DNA of 64,000 nt, from assembly GCA_903831805.1 (NCBI GenBank), contig CAIKZD010000017.1:12358-76357 (forward strand), written 5' to 3'. The notes below the pieces were generated by a model. That model was not told the origin of the DNA. It did not search any database and was given only the letters and a program-made list of their open reading frames with translations. The position numbers and the translations under genes were made by a program. Shown here piece by piece: positions 55,256 to 64,000 of this stretch (position 1 is the first letter of the stretch; each line of letters opens with the position of its first letter). The stretch is from an uncultured bacterium (GTDB taxonomy: Bacteria; Patescibacteriota; Minisyncoccia; Moranbacterales; UBA2206).

Positions 55256-56143
55256 ATGATTGACACCCATGCCCACATTGATGACCACCAATTTGACGCC
55301 GACCGCGAAGAAATGATTGGACGGGCTTTTAGTAGCGGCGTGGAAAAAATCGTGACTATTGGGGCGGGGCTAGGATCGAGTGCGCGGGCGGTGGAGGTGG
55401 CTAAGAACCATGACAATATTTTTGCCGTGGTGGGGTTGCATCCGGAATATTTTATGCAGCATGGAGCGTGGAATGAAGAGCATAAGCAAAAGTTGGAAGA
55501 ACTGGCGCGCGCGGAAAAAGTGGTGGCTATCGGAGAAATTGGATTGGAATATCATTCACATGACGGAGCGCCTATAGCAGATGAACAAAAAGAGTTTCAA
55601 AAAGAAGGTTTTATCTATCAATTAGAATTAGCTAAGAAATTAAAGTTGCCAGTGGTCATCCATTGCCGTGGGGAGCGTGCGCCCGTAGGCGAGAAATATC
55701 GGGAAGTAGGCGAGGCGTATGAAGATGTGCTGGAGATTTTGGAAGATTCTTTCGGAACCCCTCCGTCCCGAGTACGAGACACCTCCCCTGAGTACAGGGG
55801 AGGGGGAGAACTCCCTTTTGTTGTTTTTCATTCTTTCGGCGGACGATTGGATTTTGCCAGGAAAGTCATGGCGCGCGAAAATATCTTTTTTTCTTTCAAT
55901 GGCAATCTGACTTATGCTAAACCGAGTGCGGAAATTTTGGAAGTGGTGAAAATGATTCCACTCGAAAAAATCATGTTGGAAACCGATTGCCCGTATCTTT
56001 CCCCTGTGCCGCACCGGGGGGAACGGAATGAGCCGGCTAATGTGGTTTATGTGCGGGATAAAATTGCAGAAATTAAAGCCATAGATAAAGAAGAAGTGGA
56101 CAAAATCACTTCCCAAAATGCGGTCAAATTTTTCCGTTTTTAG
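55256..56143 (+). CDS. tatD: TatD-family metal-dependent deoxyribonuclease/hydrolase
   Basis: MIDTHAHIDD...GLHPE...GEIGLE...HCR. Confidence 0.85.
   Translation: MIDTHAHIDDHQFDADREEMIGRAFSSGVEKIVTIGAGLGSSARAVEVAKNHDNIFAVVGLHPEYFMQHGAWNEEHKQKLEELARAEKVVAIGEIGLEYHSHDGAPIADEQKEFQKEGFIYQLELAKKLKLPVVIHCRGERAPVGEKYREVGEAYEDVLEILEDSFGTPPSRVRDTSPEYRGGGELPFVVFHSFGGRLDFARKVMARENIFFSFNGNLTYAKPSAEILEVVKMIPLEKIMLETDCPYLSPVPHRGERNEPANVVYVRDKIAEIKAIDKEEVDKITSQNAVKFFRF
55757..55810. repeat. AGTA-loop hairpin module inserted in frame in tatD
   Basis: CCCCTCCGTCCCGAGTACGAGACACCTCCCCTGAGTACAGGGGAGGGGGAG, encoding GTPPSRVRDTSPEYRGGGEL. Confidence 0.7.
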
Positions 56144-56235
56144 GGAAATTTTCCAATTATTGACTTTTTTTTCTTTTTGTTAGACAATTAGATGTACCCT
56201 GATGAGCCTGATTTGGCTGTGATAAAAATAAAATC

Positions 56236-56499
56236 ATGGAAAATGAGACGGAAAAAAACAGTGCTGAGAAAAAAGCGGATAAAAATGAAACACGAAAAAC
56301 TTTTTCCGTTATGGCCCTGGCCTGGGAATTGGGCTATCTGATTGCCATCCCATTGGTGGCGTTGACACTCGGCGGCCGCGGCCTGGATAAGAAATTGGGC
56401 ACTTCGCCACTCCTGCTTCTCATCGGCGTAGTAGCGGCCATCATCCTTTCCTCGTATATGGTGTATAAAAAAACAATTGATATAATGGACCAAAAATAA
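56236..56499 (+). CDS. AtpZ/AtpI-like small membrane protein preceding the F0 genes
   Basis: LGYLIAIPLVALTLGGRGLDKKLGTSPLLLLIGVVAAI matches the AtpZ pattern. Confidence 0.6.
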   Translation: MENETEKNSAEKKADKNETRKTFSVMALAWELGYLIAIPLVALTLGGRGLDKKLGTSPLLLLIGVVAAIILSSYMVYKKTIDIMDQK

Positions 56500-57251
56500 T
56501 GGATATTTCTCTTGTGCCGGAAACGATCTTCCATCTCGGAAGCTTTCCGTTCACCAATTCGCTTATCATGACTCTCGTCACTAGCGCCATCATCATTGGC
56601 ATTTCTTTTTTTGTCCAAAAAAACACTAAACTCATTCCGCGTGGTTTTCAGAATTTGTTCGAAGCTATCATAGAATATTTTTTCGAACTGGTGCACAGTG
56701 TAACACAGGACAAGGAAGAAACCCGCCAGTTTTTCCCGATCGTGATGACCATTTTCATTTTCATCATCATTTCCAACTGGATGGGACTTCTGCCGGGCGC
56801 TGGCACGGTGGGCTTGCATGAAGTGAAGGAGGGGAAATCAATCATAGCGCCGTTCATTCGGAGCGGTTCAGCTGATCTTAACACAACTTTGGCCTTGTCG
56901 CTCATTGCGGTTTTCACCGCCAATTTTATGGGCATTTCGGCCATCGGGCTGGTGCGTTATGGCAAAAAATTTCTGATCAATCCTTTCAAAAAACCTTATT
57001 TCATCGGCACGTTCGTGGGCGTGTTGGAACTCATCAGTGAAATGGCTAAGATCATTTCTTTTTCCTTCCGGTTGTTCGGCAATGTTTTCGCCGGTGAAGT
57101 GCTTTTGATTGTGATGCTGAACCTGGTGCCATATTTTGTCCCATTGCCGTTTTTGTTTTTGGAAGTGTTTGTCGGATTCGTGCAGGCCTTGGTTTTTTCC
57201 ATGCTCACTCTGGTTTTCCTGAAAATGGCAGTCACAGCGCACGATCACTAG
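56499..57251 (+). CDS. atpB: F0F1 ATP synthase subunit a
   Basis: NWMGLLPG...FRLFGNVFAGEVLL. Confidence 0.9.
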   Translation: MDISLVPETIFHLGSFPFTNSLIMTLVTSAIIIGISFFVQKNTKLIPRGFQNLFEAIIEYFFELVHSVTQDKEETRQFFPIVMTIFIFIIISNWMGLLPGAGTVGLHEVKEGKSIIAPFIRSGSADLNTTLALSLIAVFTANFMGISAIGLVRYGKKFLINPFKKPYFIGTFVGVLELISEMAKIISFSFRLFGNVFAGEVLLIVMLNLVPYFVPLPFLFLEVFVGFVQALVFSMLTLVFLKMAVTAHDH

Positions 57252-57325
57252 GAAGTTTATAAAGTTCATCAAGTTCATAAGGTTGGAAAGTTTGTAGCGT
57301 TGTAAGGTTAATTAATTTTTTTTAA

Positions 57326-57613
<288 letters not shown>

Positions 57614-57698
57614 GTCAGTCATCGGTCAATGGTCATCAATCCGCATAACTTTGCGGGTTGAGAACGATTAACTGAATAAATATCTTAAAGCTAATTAT

Positions 57699-58184
57699 AT
57701 GGAATTATTGAACAGTTTAGGCATCAATGGAAAACTATTACTGGCGCAGATCATCAACTTTTTAATCCTGCTTTTTGTGTTGTATAAATTCGCCTATGGC
57801 CCAGTGTTGAAAATGTTGGACGAGCGCACCAAAAAAATCGAGAAAGGCATGAAAGACGCGGAAGCTTCCGGCAAAAAACTAGAGGAGATTGCGGCGCGCG
57901 AAAAAGGCATTCTGGATGAAGCGCGTAATCAGGCCAAGGAAATCGTGAAACGTTCGGAAGACACAGCTGCGGCGCAAGCGGAAGAAATTGTGATTGTCGC
58001 CAAGGACCAAACGCAGAAAATGGTGGAAACGGCGCAGAAACAAATTGAACAAGAGAAGAATAGGATTCTGGCGGAAGCGAAATCCGAAATTGCCAATTTA
58101 GTGATGGCGGCCACGGAGAAAATTATTGGAGAGAAGTTGGATAGTGAGAAGGATAGGGAATTGATAAAGGACGCGATAAAATAG
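57699..58184 (+). CDS. atpF: F0F1 ATP synthase subunit b
   Basis: N-terminal TM segment followed by a long charged coiled coil. Confidence 0.85.
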   Translation: MELLNSLGINGKLLLAQIINFLILLFVLYKFAYGPVLKMLDERTKKIEKGMKDAEASGKKLEEIAAREKGILDEARNQAKEIVKRSEDTAAAQAEEIVIVAKDQTQKMVETAQKQIEQEKNRILAEAKSEIANLVMAATEKIIGEKLDSEKDRELIKDAIK

Positions 58185-58185
58185 C

Positions 58186-58587
58186 ATGAAAATTACAGCC
58201 GCACAATATGCCAAGTCGCTTTACGAAGTGACTCGAGAAAAAACTCAAGCGGAGATTGATGGTTTTGTGGCGAATTTTCTCAAGGTGCTCAAAAAAAACA
58301 ATCAGTTGAAGTTGGCCGGAAAGATCATGGAGAAATTTTCTGCCATTCATGACGCGAAAAATGGCATCATTAGCGCGACCGTGACGAGCGCGCGGGAGTT
58401 GGACGAAAAAAATTTGAAAGAAGTGGAAGAATTTGTGGCCAAGAAATATGAGGCGAAGAAAGTTATTTTGAAAAATATTGTGAGAAAAGATATTAAGGGT
58501 GGAATCATTTTGCAAGTGGGGGATGAGATGCTGGATGCAAGTGTGGGAAGGAAGATTGATGATTTGAGATATATTCTGAACCACTGA
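58186..58587 (+). CDS. atpH: F0F1 ATP synthase subunit delta (short OSCP)
   Basis: C-terminal GGIILQVGDEMLDASVGRKIDDL. Confidence 0.8.
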   Translation: MKITAAQYAKSLYEVTREKTQAEIDGFVANFLKVLKKNNQLKLAGKIMEKFSAIHDAKNGIISATVTSARELDEKNLKEVEEFVAKKYEAKKVILKNIVRKDIKGGIILQVGDEMLDASVGRKIDDLRYILNH

Positions 58588-58630
58588 TTAATTTAAAATT
58601 TATAATTTAAAATCGTAACAATATAATTTT

Positions 58631-60139
58631 ATGTCGAAAGATTACATCATTGAGCAGTTGAAAAAACAAATTGAAAATTTTGCGGCGGTGGCGACGACGG
58701 AGAAAGTCGGGACGGTCGTGGAAGTGGGGGACGGCGTGGCTAAGATTTCCGGCCTCTCTGACGCTATGGCTTCTGAGATGTTGGAATTTCCCGGCGGCGT
58801 GTATGGCGTGGCACTTAATCTCGAAGAGGGCGCGGTGGGCGCGATGATCCTGGGAAAATATGAAGGCATTAAGGAAGGCGATACAGTCAAGTCAACCGGT
58901 CGCATTTTGTCAGTGCCGGTGGGCGACATGATGGTCGGCCGCGTAGTGAGTCCACTCGGGGAAGCGATTGATGGCAAAGGTGAAATCACATCTGACATAT
59001 ATTACCCGGTGGAAAAAGTGGCGCCGGGCGTCATTACGCGAAAATCAGTGAGTGTGCCGGTGCAGACTGGAATCAAAGCCATTGACGCCGTCATTCCGGT
59101 CGGGCGCGGCCAGCGCGAACTTATTATTGGCGACCGCCAAACCGGCAAAACTGCGGTGGCCATTGACGCTATCATTAATCAGAAAGGCCAAAACTTGATT
59201 TGCATCTATGTGGCCATTGGACAGAAGGAATCGAAAATTTCTCGCATCGTGGCGGAGTTGGAAAAACGGGGAGCGATGGAACACACAATCGTGGTGGTGG
59301 CGGGAGCATCTGACCCGTCAGCTTTGTCATTCATTGCCCCGTATGCCGGCACAGCCATGGCGGAATATTTTATGGACAAAGGCAAAGATGTGCTCATTAT
59401 TCACGATGATCTTTCAAAACACGCTTGGGCCTATCGCCAGATTTCTTTGATCTTGCGCCGTCCACCGGGACGCGAAGCTTACCCGGGTGACATTTTCTAT
59501 TTGCATTCCCGTCTTTTGGAACGATCGGCGCGTTTGAATGATGATTTTGGCGGCGGTTCCATTACGGCTCTTCCAATCATTGAAACGCAAGCTGGCGATG
59601 TGTCCGCCTACATCCCGACCAATGTGATTTCCATTACCGATGGCCAAATTTATTTGGAAACCGATTTGTTCTATAAGGGTATTCGCCCGGCGTTGAATGT
59701 TGGGTTGTCAGTGTCTCGTGTCGGTTCCGCCGCACAAACCAAAGCCATGAAAAAAGTGGCCGGCAAACTAAGGCTTGATCTTGCACAGTTCCGCGAACTG
59801 GAAGCGTTCGCGCAATTCGGCTCAGACTTAGATGAAAACACCCGAAGACAGATTGAAAGAGGTCGAAGAACAGTGGAAATTTTGAAACAGGACCAATATG
59901 AGCCAATGCCGATGGAACAACAAGTGGCGGTGCTGTATGCTCTCACTAATGGTTTCATCGACGACGTCGAAGTGGAAAAAGTGAAAGCCTGGGAAAATGA
60001 TTTTCAGAAATATATGAAATCCGGCGGCAAGGCAGTTTTGGAACTCATCGCTGAAAAGAAAGAATTGTCGGAAGAAGTGGTGGCAAGTTTGGAAAAAGCG
60101 ATTAAGGAGTTTAAGGAAGTGTACCAAAATGGGAAGTAG
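58631..60139 (+). CDS. atpA: F0F1 ATP synthase subunit alpha
   Basis: [21 protein letters not shown]-loop and conserved alpha-subunit core. Confidence 0.95.
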   Translation: MSKDYIIEQLKKQIENFAAVATTEKVGTVVEVGDGVAKISGLSDAMASEMLEFPGGVYGVALNLEEGAVGAMILGKYEGIKEGDTVKSTGRILSVPVGDMMVGRVVSPLGEAIDGKGEITSDIYYPVEKVAPGVITRKSVSVPVQTGIKAIDAVIPVGRGQRELIIGDRQTGKTAVAIDAIINQKGQNLICIYVAIGQKESKISRIVAELEKRGAMEHTIVVVAGASDPSALSFIAPYAGTAMAEYFMDKGKDVLIIHDDLSKHAWAYRQISLILRRPPGREAYPGDIFYLHSRLLERSARLNDDFGGGSITALPIIETQAGDVSAYIPTNVISITDGQIYLETDLFYKGIRPALNVGLSVSRVGSAAQTKAMKKVAGKLRLDLAQFRELEAFAQFGSDLDENTRRQIERGRRTVEILKQDQYEPMPMEQQVAVLYALTNGFIDDVEVEKVKAWENDFQKYMKSGGKAVLELIAEKKELSEEVVASLEKAIKEFKEVYQNGK

Positions 60140-60145
60140 ACGAGG

Positions 60146-60212
60146 AAATTTCAAAATCCAAATTTCAAATGTCAAATAAATATCAAATGGCTAAATGACA
60201 AATTAGAAATTA
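60146..60212. repeat. AT-rich CAAAT repeat (intergenic atpA-atpG)
   Basis: GGAAATTTCAAAATCCAAATTTCAAATGTCAAATAAATATCAAATGGCTAAATGACAAATTAG, related to the in-CDS insertion in the U32 peptidase. Confidence 0.55.
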
Positions 60213-60218
60213 TTTTTT

Positions 60219-61172
60219 ATGGCTAGCACAAAAGATATTCAAAGAAGAATAAAATCCGTCGGCAATACGCAGAAGATTACGCGGGCGATGGAGATGGTGA
60301 GCGCCGCTAAGATGCGAAAATCGGTGGCGTCGGTTTTGGCCATCCGGCCGTACGCGCACGCCGCGTGGGGAGTGCTCACGAATTTGAGCCGCGCCTTTGC
60401 GGAATATAAGACCGGACTTTTGGAAGTGCGCGAAGTGAAAAGAGTGCTGGCCATTGCGGTCACCTCGAACCGGGGACTGTGTGGAGCTTTCAATTCGCAG
60501 ATTTCCAAAAAAATCAGAGAGGAAATTTTGCACCCGGAGAGCTTGAAGATGAATCGGGTAGGCAAGAAGAGAATTGAATCTACTCAGGAGAACATTGAAA
60601 TTGATTTCATCACGATTGGCAAAAAAGGGGAGGGTGTCGTGCGACGTAATGGCAAAAATATCATCGCCTCGTTCAATGACTTATCCTATCTGCCGAAAGT
60701 GGACGATGTGCGAGTGGTGGGTAAAATGGTGATGGATGATTATCTGGCCAAAAAATATGACAAGGTGGTGATTTTCTATACCGATTATGTGTCGGCCATG
60801 AGCCAACAGGCCAAGGTCCGTCAGCTCTTGCCGATTTCGAAAATTGATTTGGAGAAGCAGATCGCCGAGATGGATGTGTTGGCCAAAGAATATGGCTTGA
60901 AGGAAGTACGTTCGGAATATAAAGTGGAACCGACGCCGAATTTGGTTTTGGAATATATTTTCCCGCGCCTGATTGAGATGCAGATCTATCACGCCATTCT
61001 GGAATCGAACGCCTCGAAAGAATCGGCCCGCATGCTAGCCATGAGAAACGCCACAGACGCGGCCGGTGAAATGAAAAACAGTCTGACATTCGTGTTCAAT
61101 CAGATCCGGCAAGGCAAGATTACGCAGGAGATTGCGGAGATTTCCGCGGGAAGAGCGGCGTTGGAGAATTAG
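60219..61172 (+). CDS. atpG: F0F1 ATP synthase subunit gamma
   Basis: MASTKDIQRRIKSVGNTQKITRAMEMVSAAKMRK. Confidence 0.9.
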   Translation: MASTKDIQRRIKSVGNTQKITRAMEMVSAAKMRKSVASVLAIRPYAHAAWGVLTNLSRAFAEYKTGLLEVREVKRVLAIAVTSNRGLCGAFNSQISKKIREEILHPESLKMNRVGKKRIESTQENIEIDFITIGKKGEGVVRRNGKNIIASFNDLSYLPKVDDVRVVGKMVMDDYLAKKYDKVVIFYTDYVSAMSQQAKVRQLLPISKIDLEKQIAEMDVLAKEYGLKEVRSEYKVEPTPNLVLEYIFPRLIEMQIYHAILESNASKESARMLAMRNATDAAGEMKNSLTFVFNQIRQGKITQEIAEISAGRAALEN

Positions 61173-61475
61173 AAGTCTGAACCACTGACCGTGCCTCGCC
61201 GGCAGGCGGGTTCGCACGTGATTATCCTGATTGCACTGATTTAAAAATACAAAATAGCAAAGTAATGTAGAGGTTTAATTTATTAAACCTTACCCGGAAA
61301 CATTTTCCGGAGACAGGCAGGTTTGATAAATCAAACCTCTACATAAAAAAGAAAGAAGTTCTTTGGAAAATTTTGGAGAAAAAAATAGAGCCCACATCAG
61401 TTATGATGCAGGCTCGGGTGAGGCAAAGAACGGGGAGGTTCAGGTCGGAGACGCTGAATTAAGCATGCTGTTGAG

Positions 61476-61805
61476 CTATACGAGTACGAAAGAATAAAAG
61501 TTGTAACGGCGGCTCGCATCATCCTCTTTTTGCAGATAGCCTCCTTGAACATCCGGGCTGGCGTCAGCGCTTAGTCCGTGTAAACCGGCTAGAAGTGTGG
61601 CTATGGAAGCGGCTGTCTTCTCGTCTTGTATTACCAATGAAGAACTGAAATTATTGAAATTGATTTCCCTCTCTTTCCATGGATAGGCCTTATGTTTAAA
61701 GCCTCCAGTGGGGTCATAACATACGAGAGTAGCATGTCCTTCAAGAAAAAATAACATTATCCTGGTTCCTTTTTTGAAAATACATCCGGGTTTTTCTCCT
61801 GACAT
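61476..61805 (-). CDS. hypothetical protein (109 aa) encoded antisense to the atp operon within the atpG-atpD insertion
   Basis: Own SD (AAGGAG) and consensus promoter; no domain recognised. Confidence 0.45.
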   Translation of the reverse strand: MSGEKPGCIFKKGTRIMLFFLEGHATLVCYDPTGGFKHKAYPWKEREINFNNFSSSLVIQDEKTAASIATLLAGLHGLSADASPDVQGGYLQKEDDASRRYNFYSFVLV

Positions 61806-61890
61806 GGTGGTCTCCTTGTTGTGCTTGTTGTAAAAGAATGTTAGAAAATGGTTTGTTGAAATGATTTCGTGGAAACACTAACAACCCCTC

Positions 61891-61920
61891 ATTATACTCC
61901 AAAACCACAAAAAAGTCAAG
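61891..61920 (-). promoter_or_regulatory. consensus sigma70 promoter (TTGACT-17-TATAAT) on the minus strand
   Basis: Minus strand reads TTGACTTTTTTGTGGTTTTGGAGTATAAT, driving the hypothetical gene 61476..61805. Confidence 0.55.
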
Positions 61921-62023
61921 CCCCGAAAAATGGCTTTGCCATCTCGGGGTGAAAGTTGAATTTTAACTGGTGAATATTAGCTTAGATAAAGCAATATTTA
62001 GTAGTTAGGGTTTAAAGAGAATT

Positions 62024-62166
62024 GTCATTCTGAGCGAAGCGAAGTCGAAGAATCTACTTTGTGTTTCCATTGGTTATGCTATAGATTGCAAAGCTAGTGG
62101 TAACGCAGGGCAGATCCTTCGACTGCGTTCCTCCGCTAGCGCGTCGTTACTTCGCTCAGGATGACA
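62024..62166. repeat. MITE-like element family 1 copy (between the minus-strand gene and atpD)
   Basis: TGTCATTCTGAGCGAAGCGAAGTCGAAGAATCTAC ... GCAGATCCTTCGACTGCG...CTTCGCTCAGGATGACA. Confidence 0.75.
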
Positions 62167-62203
62167 AAGTTGGTAAATAATCAAGTTAATAAATAATTTG
62201 TAA

Positions 62204-63627
<1,424 letters not shown>

Positions 63628-63628
<1 letters not shown>

Positions 63629-63670
63629 ATTTTCAATAATCAATTTACAATTTTCATTCAATAATCAATT
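63628..63670. repeat. 43-bp AT-rich repeat (copy 2), atpD-atpC spacer
   Basis: Identical to 30377..30419. Confidence 0.8.
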
Positions 63671-63752
63671 TTCCAATAATCAATGTCATTGAAAATTAAG
63701 TTATTGAAAATTCAATGAAAATTGAAAAATGTAAATTGAAAATTAGAGACTT

Positions 63753-64000
63753 ATGTCAAATCAATCAATTAAATTTAAGATCATCACTCCAGAGCGTACC
63801 GTTTTCGAAGCCGAGATATCTCAGGTGACTTTGCCGGTGACCGAGGGTGAGGTGACTATTTTGCCCAGTCACAGGCCATATATCGCCTCGCTTGAGCCGG
63901 GGGAAATCATTTTGAAGACGAAAAAGCAGGAAGGCGAAGAAGAAACCAGCTTGGTAGTTTCGGGCGGCTTTATCGAATTCAATGAAAATAGTTTAGTCGT
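63753..64000 (+). CDS. atpC: F0F1 ATP synthase subunit epsilon (5' portion; runs off the window end)
   Basis: MSNQSIKFKIITPERTVFEAEISQVTLPVTEGEVTILPSH. Confidence 0.8.
   Translation, partial: MSNQSIKFKIITPERTVFEAEISQVTLPVTEGEVTILPSHRPYIASLEPGEIILKTKKQEGEEETSLVVSGGFIEFNENSLV

Overview
Gene-dense bacterial chromosome segment, roughly 40-45% GC, with almost no non-coding gaps other than short leaders. The gene content (GatB, an archaeal/eukaryote-like long IleS, an alpha2-type GlyRS, a geranylgeranyl-reductase-family enzyme, DUF11 and delta-60 surface proteins, a compact F1F0 ATP synthase operon) is compatible with a small-genome uncultivated bacterium, possibly CPR/Patescibacteria-like; this is tentative. 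Identifiable genes: rplA, a T4-like dTMP/pyrimidine cluster (NMP kinase, dCMP deaminase, thyA, a DHFR-fold protein), gatB, miaA, a MiaB-family gene, thrS, a GDP-mannose pyrophosphorylase, recQ, ogt-like, rubrerythrin, an HD-GYP protein, hup, gdhA, an M48/YgjP peptidase, dnaE, rnhB, argS, ileS, recO, tgt, a U32 peptidase, glyQS, metG, rsmI, tatD and atpZ-B-E-F-H-A-G-D-C. No rRNA or tRNA genes, CRISPR arrays, transposases or integrases were seen. The most unusual feature is the density of small palindromic repeat families: (i) a ~115-157-bp MITE-like element with terminal inverted repeats TGTCATYCTGAGCG...GTCGAAGAATCTGC, at least 7 copies; (ii) 40-110-bp hairpin modules built from stem-AGTA-stem units (GTCTCG-AGTA-CGAGAC, CCCCTG-AGTA-CAGGGG); (iii) a 36-bp GCGAACRGTCCGC element; (iv) AT-rich 'TCAAAT/CAATAAT' repeats. 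Several copies sit in frame inside essential genes (miaA, MiaB-family, ileS, tgt, tatD, atpD, rnhB, U32 peptidase), which resembles Rickettsia palindromic elements. Other points of interest: a compositionally aberrant nucleotidyltransferase-deaminase fusion plus a CYTH gene next to the thymidylate cluster; T-box leaders on ileS, glyQS and probably thrS; an ATP synthase operon split between atpG and atpD by a ~1-kb insertion carrying an opposite-strand gene with a consensus promoter; a GC-rich candidate structured RNA at 17.0-17.4 kb; a two-gene hypothetical islet between MITE copies; and an orphan MazF-like gene.
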